Shown here: in pieces, positions 18,502 through 25,880 of the stretch
Layout of the letters: each line of letters begins with the position of its first letter
How positions within the stretch are numbered: the first letter of the stretch is position 1
NCBI GenBank assembly: GCA_964490395.1
Contig: CAZBAS010000006.1
Coordinates: forward strand, 8,081 to 72,080
Reading direction: 5' to 3'
Length of the DNA stretch: 64,000 nucleotides
Origin: an uncultured Candidatus Saccharibacteria bacterium
Lineage (GTDB): Bacteria; Patescibacteriota; Doudnabacteria; UBA920
Made by a program: the position numbers and the translations under genes
Notes under the pieces: generated by a model
The model's database searches: none
What the model was told of the DNA's origin: nothing
What the model saw: the letters and a program-made list of their open reading frames with translations, nothing else

Positions 18502-20289
18502 ATGAAAACATTTAAACATATAAACAAAAAATACTTAGTGGTAAGCGCGCTTGTAATTGCAGGCGCGCTTTTGGTGTGGAGTTTTTATTGGGTTGGGGTG
18601 TTTTCCGGTTCCCCTCCTAAGGTAGGAGGGGCTAGGGGTGGTATGAAAGAAAATGCTACCGTAATCCATCCTGCCACGGTCATGCAACCGGATCTGTACC
18701 CAACTTTGAATAAAGTGGATGAGATCCCTGCTGCTACTGAGAAAGTCTACGGCGGTATAGTATCCCACCATTTCTACATGGAAGAGGATATAGGGAAGCT
18801 GTTTTTACAGTTACGCCAGCAGAATCCATCTGTGGTGGTAATAGTGGGTCCGAACCATTTTAATGCAGGCAATGCAGACATACAAACTTCTACTGCTTCG
18901 TATACTACTCCCTTTGGTCAGCTCGATGGCGATCTGCCGCTCGTTAGTCGCTTGGTCGCAGACGGCGCTGCAACTCATGAGGAGCTCGCTTTTGAGCGCG
19001 AACATTCCATAGGGGCACTTGTTGGTTTTACAAAGAAAGTATTTCCAAATGCTAAATTACTTCCCATTATCATGCGTCGCAACGCAAGTCCTGGCCGTAC
19101 GGAACAACTTGCAGCTGAGCTTGAAAAAATACTTCCCCAAGATGCGCTCGTCCTGGCGAGTGTAGATTTTTCGCATCACTTGGATAGGTTTGCAGCTGGC
19201 TTCCACGATAGCCAGTCAGTGGCTGCGTTGCTTTCTGCGGACTTCAACCGCATTCGCAGTCTAGAAGTAGATAGTCCGCAGAGTTTAGAAGTGCTTATGC
19301 GCTACCTGGAGAGCCGGGGAGCACTGCATATGGAATATAAAAATACGAACCAGGCAGTGTATGGCGGTAACTTGATGTCCGATGACGTAACCAGCTATGT
19401 GTTCGCGAAATTTACGTCTTCTTCCAGCCCTCCCCCTCAAGAGGGGTCTCCCTCCTCTTCCTCCCCTAATATAGGGCCCGCTACGCCGGAGCGTAAGCGA
19501 GGCGAGGAGGCTAGGAGGGGTATAATTTCGAACATCGTACCACCCCTAACCCCTCCTATCCTAGGAGGGGGAAAAGACACAGCCACCCTCCTACATCTTG
19601 GGATATTCAATGCAGGCATGCTTGAATCTAACGAAGGCAAGGCCCTCTACGCACTTGGTGGCCCAGAAAATAATTTCCTCCGCGGCGGAGATTTAAAAGT
19701 TATTGGTACGAATAATAAAACAAGTTGTAACTCAGCGCGCATTCCAGCACTTGAGCGCTATAAGATCAATGTATTCAACTCACAGTCATGCGCAAATACC
19801 TTTGTGTTTGGCTCAGAAAATAGAAATTATAATGTAGGTTTTATTTCTATAGCTCAAGGTGAAAACGTAAGCAAAGCAGTAGCTATCCAAAAAAAGAATT
19901 ACGCTTACGTGGCTGTTCAGGTTCCCGCTAGTGCCGAAGCCCAAAGTGCCATCGATTACGGCGCAGATGCAGTCTTTATTCAAGACGGTGCAGCAAAAGT
20001 TGAACTATACAAAAACAAACCCATCATTCATCACCCGGCATCAAATACATCAGGTTTCAGTACTGGCGTAGTATTTAATCCAGCAGGTGCATCAAATATC
20101 GCAGAAGCTTCCTCTGATTCCTCCCCTAAAATAGGGGAGGCTAGGTGGGGTATAAAACTGTACACCTTCCCATACCAACTAAAAAACAATCAACTCACCC
20201 GCCTCGATATTTCTGCAAGACTAAAATCCTGTAAACAAATTTTAACCGGACTAAAAAATGTAGATGGTTGCTCTGCAAGTATCCAGTAA
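18502..20289 (+). CDS. membrane-anchored MEMO1-family (AmmeMemoRadiSam protein B-like) domain fused to a C-terminal domain of uncertain (possibly CapA/metallophosphatase-like) affinity
   Basis: Shows the N-terminal TM helix and the Memo-like motifs VIVGPNHF, TPFG, EHSIGA and SVDFSHH. The C-terminal segment AIDYGADAVFIQDG...LYKNKPIIH is CapA-like. The ORF is interrupted in-frame by three GC-rich palindromic elements. Confidence 0.6.
   Translation: MKTFKHINKKYLVVSALVIAGALLVWSFYWVGVFSGSPPKVGGARGGMKENATVIHPATVMQPDLYPTLNKVDEIPAATEKVYGGIVSHHFYMEEDIGKLFLQLRQQNPSVVVIVGPNHFNAGNADIQTSTASYTTPFGQLDGDLPLVSRLVADGAATHEELAFEREHSIGALVGFTKKVFPNAKLLPIIMRRNASPGRTEQLAAELEKILPQDALVLASVDFSHHLDRFAAGFHDSQSVAALLSADFNRIRSLEVDSPQSLEVLMRYLESRGALHMEYKNTNQAVYGGNLMSDDVTSYVFAKFTSSSSPPPQEGSPSSSSPNIGPATPERKRGEEARRGIISNIVPPLTPPILGGGKDTATLLHLGIFNAGMLESNEGKALYALGGPENNFLRGGDLKVIGTNNKTSCNSARIPALERYKINVFNSQSCANTFVFGSENRNYNVGFISIAQGENVSKAVAIQKKNYAYVAVQVPASAEAQSAIDYGADAVFIQDGAAKVELYKNKPIIHHPASNTSGFSTGVVFNPAGASNIAEASSDSSPKIGEARWGIKLYTFPYQLKNNQLTRLDISARLKSCKQILTGLKNVDGCSASIQ
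18607..18645. repeat. GC-rich palindromic element, short version, in-frame in CDS (encodes SGSPPKVGGARGGM)
   Basis: ggttCCCCTCCtaaggtaGGAGGGGctaggggtggtatg. Confidence 0.7.
19425..19572. repeat. composite GC-rich palindromic element cluster in-frame in CDS (CCCCCTCAAGAGGGG hairpin, then the long-version element, then a CCCCTCCTA-tcc-TAGGAGGGG hairpin)
   Basis: ccctccccctcaagaggggtctccc ... cctcccctaatatagggcccgctacgccggagcgtaagcgaggcgaggaggctaggaggggtat ... cccctcctatcctaggagggg. It encodes SSSPPPQEGSPSSSSPNIGPATPERKRGEEARRGI...PPILGGG. Confidence 0.7.
20119..20155. repeat. GC-rich palindromic element, short version, in-frame in CDS (encodes SDSSPKIGEARWGI)
   Basis: tCCTCCCCTAaaaTAGGGGAGGctaggtggggtataaa. 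Confidence 0.7.
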
Positions 20290-20401
20290 TGTAAACATTG
20301 TTTTATTAATCTATATGGTAGCCCTGGGTAATGGGGGTAGGAAGATAGGATAAATCATGGTTAGGGGGCGCTTTTAGAAACAAAAACTGTCGCCATACAA
20401 T

Positions 20402-20438
20402 CAAAGAGACTCTTTGCGTGGTGCAAAGAGTCTCTTTG
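20402..20438. terminator. perfect hairpin CAAAGAGACTCTTTGC-gtggt-GCAAAGAGTCTCTTTG next to the 3' end of tRNA-Arg(TCT)
   Basis: 16 bp perfect stem. The core CTCTTTGCGT.G..GCAAAGAG is shared with the terminator at 13649. The flanking T-run is weak. Confidence 0.4.
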
Positions 20439-20440
20439 AT

Positions 20441-20515
20441 TGGTGCCCTCGGAGGGAATCGAACCCCCATCAAGACCTTAGAAGAGTCCTGCTTTATCCA
20501 TTAAGCTACAAGGGC
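20441..20515 (-). tRNA. tRNA-Arg (anticodon TCT)
   Basis: The reverse complement is GCCCTTGTAGCTTAATGGATAAAGCAGGACTCTTCTAAGGTCTTGATGGGGGTTCGATTCCCTCCGAGGGCACCA. The cloverleaf folds with the anticodon loop CUUCUAA, and CCA is encoded. Confidence 0.85.
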
Positions 20516-20817
20516 TTACTTCTTCCCCAATTATTAAATTGCGCATAGGTCTTTCGCCGGTGGCAATTGGCGCATCGTATCTCACATTTTATCATTTCCT
20601 GTTCAATCGATTGCCAAGAATAATGACCGGAAAGCATGCGAGCAATATTTTTGAACTTAGCGCTGGGGTTGCTGTGATCAAATTCTAATACAACTGGATC
20701 TTTTTCGCCACAGTCTATGCAAGACTTACATGAGAGATACTCAAACAACTTGGCCCGTATTTTTACACGATGCCTCTTTTGTGCCAAGTATAGGTCCGCT
20801 CTATTTTTGTAAGGCAT
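20506..20817 (-). CDS. HNH endonuclease (small Cys4 zinc-finger HNH protein)
   Basis: Has CKSCIDCGE...EFDHSNP...CANCHRRK, that is CxxC...DH...N..CxxC. This matches the HNH nuclease motif with a zinc ribbon. The ORF sits between tRNA genes, and its 3' end overlaps the first ~10 nt of tRNA-Arg(TCT). Confidence 0.6.
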   Translation of the reverse strand: MPYKNRADLYLAQKRHRVKIRAKLFEYLSCKSCIDCGEKDPVVLEFDHSNPSAKFKNIARMLSGHYSWQSIEQEMIKCEIRCANCHRRKTYAQFNNWGRSKPL

Positions 20818-20904
20818 GTAAGGATTATAACAAATCGTTCTAACCCCTGTCCATCTTCTTTTTACAAAGTAAAACTCCCTATGACAGGGAGCTGACCGAA
20901 GCTA

Positions 20905-21021
20905 CTTACATTTTATACTCATGGTGATCTCGGCAGGAGTTGAACCTGCGACCTTCAGCTCCGCAAGCTGACGCTCTATCCAGCTGAGCTACGAGACCAT
21001 GCCATGAGTATAAAATGTAAT
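20905..21021. repeat. 19 bp perfect inverted repeats (TTACATTTTATACTCATGG / CCATGAGTATAAAATGTAA) bracketing tRNA-Arg(GCG)
   Basis: The left arm abuts the tRNA 3' CCA and the right arm lies 2 nt beyond the tRNA 5' end. In the precursor transcript they would form a 19 bp stem enclosing the tRNA. Confidence 0.6.
20922..20998 (-). tRNA. tRNA-Arg (anticodon GCG as read; D-arm identical to bacterial tRNA-Arg(ACG))
   Basis: The reverse complement is GGTCTCGTAGCTCAGCTGGATAGAGCGTCAGCTTGCGGAGCTGAAGGTCGCAGGTTCAACTCCTGCCGAGATCACCA. The anticodon stem is TCAGC/GCTGA with loop UUGCGGA, and CCA is encoded. Confidence 0.8.
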
Positions 21022-21031
21022 TTTGCAAATA

Positions 21032-21129
21032 GCAGGAGTTGAACCTGCGACCTGTCCGGTGCCGCATCGGACCGCTCTATCCAGCTGCCTCTCCGCCACA
21101 GCGTTAGCGACGACAGAAGCTACGAGACC
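21032..21129 (-). pseudogene. tRNA-Arg-like remnant (degenerate partial duplication of the adjacent tRNA-Arg)
   Basis: It shares the 5' leader and the GGTCTCGTAGCT start plus the T-arm GGTCGCAGGTTCAACTCCTGC with tRNA-Arg(GCG). It carries an insertion of about 30 nt in the D-loop, has a 9 nt anticodon loop, and lacks the 3' acceptor strand and CCA. Confidence 0.4.
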
Positions 21130-21377
21130 ATGCCATAGGTATGGAATATATGCGGGAAAAACACTAAAGCTAAACTAGTCTACCATGTTTACCAGGTTTT
21201 ATCAAGGTCGCGTGTGTGGTATTATAGTAGTACATATATTCTTTATAGACGGTTGTGTCGCCCCGACAGTGTATGGGGTCTAGAGTTGCCGCGTTGTTTG
21301 AACTCTGGTTTCTCGAGCTTTGAGAAAAGATCACATGACTTGCCTTCTACCAAGGCAATTTTTAGTGAGACACACCT

Positions 21378-22430
21378 ATGCAAGAACTATCTCTATACAA
21401 AAAACAATTTGACCGTAAACTGGCGGCCTTTTTTAATGCCCGCTTAAAAACCTATAACAAACTCGGAAAAGGTACCTTGGTGCCAAAGTTTATAGAGCAG
21501 ACTAGTGTCATTGCATTGGCGGGCGGTAAAAGGTTTAGACCATATTTAGCCGCCTTATCTCACGAGACGTTTGGGGGCACATCACCGATAATAGATGACT
21601 TGGGTATGGCCCTCGAGTTGTTCCATTTGTTTGGATTGACTCATGACGATATTGTGGATAAGGGTGCGAAACGACATGGTGTGGAGACAGTCCATATTTA
21701 TACTAAAAACAAATTGCAGGCGCATCGTCGCCTCGGCGAGATTGAACATATTGGAAAAGGACAAGCGATATTCGCGGGTGATTTGCTCTTTATGTGGTCA
21801 CAAGAGTTATTTATTGGATCTGGGAATATGGACACAGGGCGAAAGCTGGCACTGGATGCATTTCGGACTATGATGGACGAGGTATTTGTAGGGGAAATGG
21901 TGGACATAGATTTGACTACTCAGGCCAAGGCGAGTCGTGCAGATATTGAACGAAAAAATATCTTGAAAACTGCTCGATATACTTTTGTGTGTCCAATACG
22001 GGTAGGGGCTAGGTTGGCTACCAAAAATACTTCCGTAGACGTATTTTCAAAAAAATTTGGCGAGGCTTTAGGCTCCGCATATCAGATACAAGACGATGTG
22101 CTGGATATATTGAATGAGTCTAGCGATAAAACTAATTTGGTGGACATTTCAGGCCGCCAGCATACATATCTAACATATTATATGCAGGAAGAAGCAGCAC
22201 CTAAGTACCGCAAGCGCTTTAACCAATTGTTCGGAGCTCCTATTGAAACGCTGGATGCAAAGGTAGTTAAGTCGCTGTATGTTGAGTCAGGGGCTGTGAG
22301 TTATGCAAATCGAATAGCAAGCGTCCAGTTTAAAAAAGCCCACGCCGCATTGAAGGCCTATCCTATTCCCAAAAAATTCATTTCGGCATGGGAAACAGTA
22401 ATTGATATAATAGAAAATCGTAAGTCATAA
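21378..22430 (+). CDS. crtE: polyprenyl diphosphate synthase (probable geranylgeranyl diphosphate synthase)
   Basis: Has the two Asp-rich motifs LTHDDIVD and IQDDVLD of the trans-isoprenyl diphosphate synthases. It lies directly upstream of crtB and crtI. Confidence 0.75.
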   Translation: MQELSLYKKQFDRKLAAFFNARLKTYNKLGKGTLVPKFIEQTSVIALAGGKRFRPYLAALSHETFGGTSPIIDDLGMALELFHLFGLTHDDIVDKGAKRHGVETVHIYTKNKLQAHRRLGEIEHIGKGQAIFAGDLLFMWSQELFIGSGNMDTGRKLALDAFRTMMDEVFVGEMVDIDLTTQAKASRADIERKNILKTARYTFVCPIRVGARLATKNTSVDVFSKKFGEALGSAYQIQDDVLDILNESSDKTNLVDISGRQHTYLTYYMQEEAAPKYRKRFNQLFGAPIETLDAKVVKSLYVESGAVSYANRIASVQFKKAHAALKAYPIPKKFISAWETVIDIIENRKS

Positions 22431-23294
22431 ATGGATTTGAATTTGCAAGAAGGCTATGAAGCCTGTAGAAAAATAATGAAAGCGAGTGGTAAAAGTTATT
22501 ACTTTGCCACGAGTCTTTTTGGTGACGTGTGGATGAAGCGGTCTACGTGGGCGCTCTATGCATTTTTTAGGATTCCGGATGATATAGTAGACGAACAGTT
22601 AGACAAAGCGCCCGAAGCGTTAGATGCAGAGCTGGCTGACTTTGCCCAGGGTTGGCGAGCTGCACTGGCAGCAGGAACGAGTAAAGACCCCAAGATGGCG
22701 GCAATAGTAGACACATATAAAAGGTGTGCCATTCCTGTAGAGTATGGCGAGTCGTTTCTGCACTCTATGGCTTTGGATATTCATAAAAAACAGTATGCAA
22801 CGTACCAAGACCTAGAAGAATACATGTACGGCTCAGCAGGAACTGTGGGCATAATGATGGCAATGGTCATAGGCTTTGTAGACGCACAAGCCCCTGAATA
22901 CGCCAAAACCCTTGGCTATGCCATGCAACTTACAAACTTTTTGCGCGACATAGATAAGGACTATCAAGAACTAGGGCGTATATACATGCCACAGGATGAA
23001 CTTGCTAGGTTTAACCTGTCCAACGCAGATATAGCGAACCGGGTGTGGTCAGAAGAATTTAAAGCGTTTATGCAGTTTCAAGTGAACCGTGCTTGGACTT
23101 TATACGAAGAAGGTAACAAGTGCTTGCCGCTGCTAAACCCCAAGGGTCGCTTTGCATACAAAATGGCTAGTGTGTTGTATTCGCGCATACTTACAAAGCT
23201 CGCGCAGCAGGACTTTAATCCTTTTGTTGGGAGAGCCTCTACGTCTCTGGCTGAAAAAATGTGGCTATTGGCTAAAACTAAAGTACTGGGTTAG
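22431..23294 (+). CDS. crtB: phytoene synthase (squalene/phytoene synthase family)
   Basis: Has YYFATSLFGDVWMKRSTWALYAFFRIPDDIVDE and the second Asp-rich motif region. It overlaps the crtE stop. Confidence 0.85.
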   Translation: MDLNLQEGYEACRKIMKASGKSYYFATSLFGDVWMKRSTWALYAFFRIPDDIVDEQLDKAPEALDAELADFAQGWRAALAAGTSKDPKMAAIVDTYKRCAIPVEYGESFLHSMALDIHKKQYATYQDLEEYMYGSAGTVGIMMAMVIGFVDAQAPEYAKTLGYAMQLTNFLRDIDKDYQELGRIYMPQDELARFNLSNADIANRVWSEEFKAFMQFQVNRAWTLYEEGNKCLPLLNPKGRFAYKMASVLYSRILTKLAQQDFNPFVGRASTSLAEKMWLLAKTKVLG

Positions 23295-23415
23295 AGTACA
23301 ATTTTCAATTTTTAATTTTACAATTTTTAATGAATTAGCAAATATCTAAACATTGAAGTTTTAAAATGGTAAATTGGAGATTTTAAATTGATTGAAAATT
23401 GTAAAATTGAAAATT

Positions 23416-25035
23416 ATGGCTTCATCTAAACGCGTAATTATCATCGGTTCTGGTATTGGTGGGCTCGGGTCAGCGAACTTGCTGGCTAAGCTTGGCTATG
23501 AAGTAACGGTGCTGGAGAAAAATGACTATCTGGGTGGCCGCGCCGGCCTTATAGAGGAAGCAGGGTACAGGTTTGATAAGGGTCCTTCTTGGTACTTAAT
23601 GCCGGACGTGTGGGAACATTATTTTGGACTGCTTGGGAAAAAGGTAGAAGATTATCTTACTCTCAAGCAACTCAGTCCAAGCTATAGAATATTTTTTGAA
23701 AGCGATCGTCATTCCCGATCCAGTCGGGAATCCAGTGTCGCCATGTCAGCGACACAGCTTAACGGCCCCGATGTGAAATCGGGGCTGGATCCCCGCGGGC
23801 GCGAGGATGACAATGCTCACTTTGTAGACATGTATGCAGATGTAGAAAAGACTGCTGCGTATTTTGAAAGTCTAGAAGCAGGCGCAGGGGAAAAGTTTAA
23901 GGCGTACTTGAAAATGACAGCGCATGCCTATGAAACCGCAAAAGAGCTGTTCATGTACAAGAACTATGACTCCGTGTTTGACCTCTATGACAAGCGGGCA
24001 TCCAAAGCAAAGCTATCACCGCACCTTCTCGGTTCCATGCATCGCTACGTGAGCAAGGAATTTAAAAACGAACGCATACAAAAAATACTCCAGTACCAAC
24101 TAGTATTTCTTGGCGGCTCGCCCTATAACACTCCTGCGCTCTATTCCATTATGAACCACATAGACTTTAACATGGGCGTGTTTTATCCTATGGGTGGCAT
24201 TTATGAAATTATTAACGCCCTAGTCAACATTGGTCGTGAGTTTGGAGTTACGTACAAAACGAATGCAGCAGTTAAACGGATTGTGGTAACGGGAGGAAAA
24301 GCGAGTGGAGTAGAGCTTGAAGATGGGACCGTTATTGAATCCGACTTGGTTGTATCAAATGCAGACATCTACCACACAGAAACAGCGTTGCTTGCACCGG
24401 AGTATCGAGAACACACAGAAAAATACTGGCAGAAGCGCACGCTTGCTCCTTCGGCGTTCATTATGTACTTAGGCATTAAAGATAGGGTGCCTGAACTTAC
24501 GCACCACAATTTATTATTTGCCAAAGACTGGGCGCAAAATTTTGCAGATATATTTGACCATCCTAAATTTCCCGAAAAGCCTTCAGTATATGTGTGCGCG
24601 CCAAGCGTAACCGATGACACTGTAGCACCGGCAGGAAAAGAAAACCTCTTCGTGCTCGCGCCCATTGCCCCGGGCCTCGAATATACTTCTGAGTTTTTAG
24701 AGCAGTATGGAAATAATCTCCTTGACTGGCTTGGCCGCGAAATGGGCGTGGAAAATCTGCGAAGCCGAGTTGAGTATAGAAAAGAATATTGTGTAAAAGA
24801 TTTTGCTGCAGACTACAACAGTTTTAAAGGTACAGCCTTGGGTCTGGCTCATACGTTACGTCAGAGTGTATTTCTTCGGCCAAATAATATAAGCAAAAAG
24901 GTACAAGGGTTGTACTACGTTGGTGCTGGCACTAACCCTGGCATTGGTATGCCCATATGTTTAATTTCTGCGGAGTTGCTTGTTAAGCGACTCCTTGGTA
25001 ATGCAACTGCGGAGCCGCTCTTAAAACTTGAATAG
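23416..25035 (+). CDS. crtI: phytoene desaturase (CrtI-family FAD-dependent oxidoreductase)
   Basis: Has the N-terminal VIIIGSGIGGLGSANLLAKLGYEVTVLEKNDYLGGRAG dinucleotide-binding motif. The CrtI-family C-terminus is present (GLYYVGAGTNPGIGMP). The ATG at 23416 was chosen. It contains an in-frame GC-hairpin cluster. Confidence 0.85.
   Translation: MASSKRVIIIGSGIGGLGSANLLAKLGYEVTVLEKNDYLGGRAGLIEEAGYRFDKGPSWYLMPDVWEHYFGLLGKKVEDYLTLKQLSPSYRIFFESDRHSRSSRESSVAMSATQLNGPDVKSGLDPRGREDDNAHFVDMYADVEKTAAYFESLEAGAGEKFKAYLKMTAHAYETAKELFMYKNYDSVFDLYDKRASKAKLSPHLLGSMHRYVSKEFKNERIQKILQYQLVFLGGSPYNTPALYSIMNHIDFNMGVFYPMGGIYEIINALVNIGREFGVTYKTNAAVKRIVVTGGKASGVELEDGTVIESDLVVSNADIYHTETALLAPEYREHTEKYWQKRTLAPSAFIMYLGIKDRVPELTHHNLLFAKDWAQNFADIFDHPKFPEKPSVYVCAPSVTDDTVAPAGKENLFVLAPIAPGLEYTSEFLEQYGNNLLDWLGREMGVENLRSRVEYRKEYCVKDFAADYNSFKGTALGLAHTLRQSVFLRPNNISKKVQGLYYVGAGTNPGIGMPICLISAELLVKRLLGNATAEPLLKLE
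23706..23825. repeat. cluster of three to four GC-rich perfect hairpins inserted in-frame in crtI (a sequence family distinct from the CCCCTCC elements)
   Basis: ATTCCCGA-tccag-TCGGGAAT; GTGTCGC-catgtca-GCGACAC; GCCCCGAT-gtgaa-ATCGGGGC; CCGCGGGCGCG. Together they encode about 40 extra residues (SDRHSRSSRESSVAMSATQLNGPDVKSGLDPRGRED). Confidence 0.5.
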
Positions 25036-25866
25036 CGGATACACTATGTAGCAAAAGATGCTAAATCCGAGTATGGCATTGAGTAGTGGAAACCACGTAT
25101 ACACCCGAAATATTCGGGTGTTATTTTTCCCTTGAGCTGCAAGCGCAATCATAATTATATACAAGGCTCCCAGTATGACGCTAAGGATGTGTAGATAGGG
25201 AAAGGAGAGTATGGCGGCGCCTGCGTAACACAGGGCGCAAAAGAGAAGCGTGCCCATCCTTCCGAGTTTCGTGGCAATGGTGTGGAGCCCTACTTTTGCA
25301 TCGGATGCTATGTCGGGTATGGCAGAGAATGCATGCATGGCCATAACCCAGAGCGTTCCGGCTAAAAATATACTCCAGGTAAATTTTGTGCCGCCCCCAA
25401 GATAGTACGCAAACCATCCAGGGAATAAATAAAGTATGTTAAACATGCTGTCCAGTAGTGGTTTTGTTTTGGCGCGGATGGGCGGCGCGGAATAAAACAA
25501 ACTAAAGAGCAAAAAGCCAATCATGGCCAAAATGTTTCGGAGAGGCAGGCCAAACGCAATGATCCAAAAAGGTAGGTTGGTGTATACAATCCACTTCATG
25601 AGTGAGTCGTGCATGCTTGGCGAGACCAGTAGTTCGTAGTGTTGTTTCTTTGGATTCTGTTTGTCAGTTTCGTAGTCGTATGTATCGTTTACGCCGTATA
25701 TAAACAAATTGGCTGGAAACAAAAAATAAACGAGAAACAGTAGCACCCAACCACTGTGCAGGTCGTTCACCGCTCCTGCTGCTGCGGCAGTGCCAATTAA
25801 AAAAGGACCGGCTGTATAGAGCCAGAAACGGGGGCGACTTATTTTAAATACACTCGAGATTTGCAT
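25021..25866 (-). CDS. UbiA-family prenyltransferase (possibly a carotenoid-modifying prenyltransferase, judged from its context)
   Basis: Has the Asp-rich motif NDTYDYETD and 7-8 TM helices. It overlaps the crtI 3' end on the opposite strand. Confidence 0.7.
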   Translation of the reverse strand: MQISSVFKISRPRFWLYTAGPFLIGTAAAAGAVNDLHSGWVLLFLVYFLFPANLFIYGVNDTYDYETDKQNPKKQHYELLVSPSMHDSLMKWIVYTNLPFWIIAFGLPLRNILAMIGFLLFSLFYSAPPIRAKTKPLLDSMFNILYLFPGWFAYYLGGGTKFTWSIFLAGTLWVMAMHAFSAIPDIASDAKVGLHTIATKLGRMGTLLFCALCYAGAAILSFPYLHILSVILGALYIIMIALAAQGKNNTRIFRVYTWFPLLNAILGFSIFCYIVYPLFKF

Positions 25867-25880
25867 GCCTATAGTGTACC

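Noticed and set aside
20290-20400. G-rich segment (cctgggtaatgggggtagg ... ggttagggggcgc) after the MEMO-like gene, considered as another palindromic-element copy or an ncRNA
   Set aside because: There is only weak partial similarity (tatctt/cccc). It has no clear stem and has no second copy in the window.
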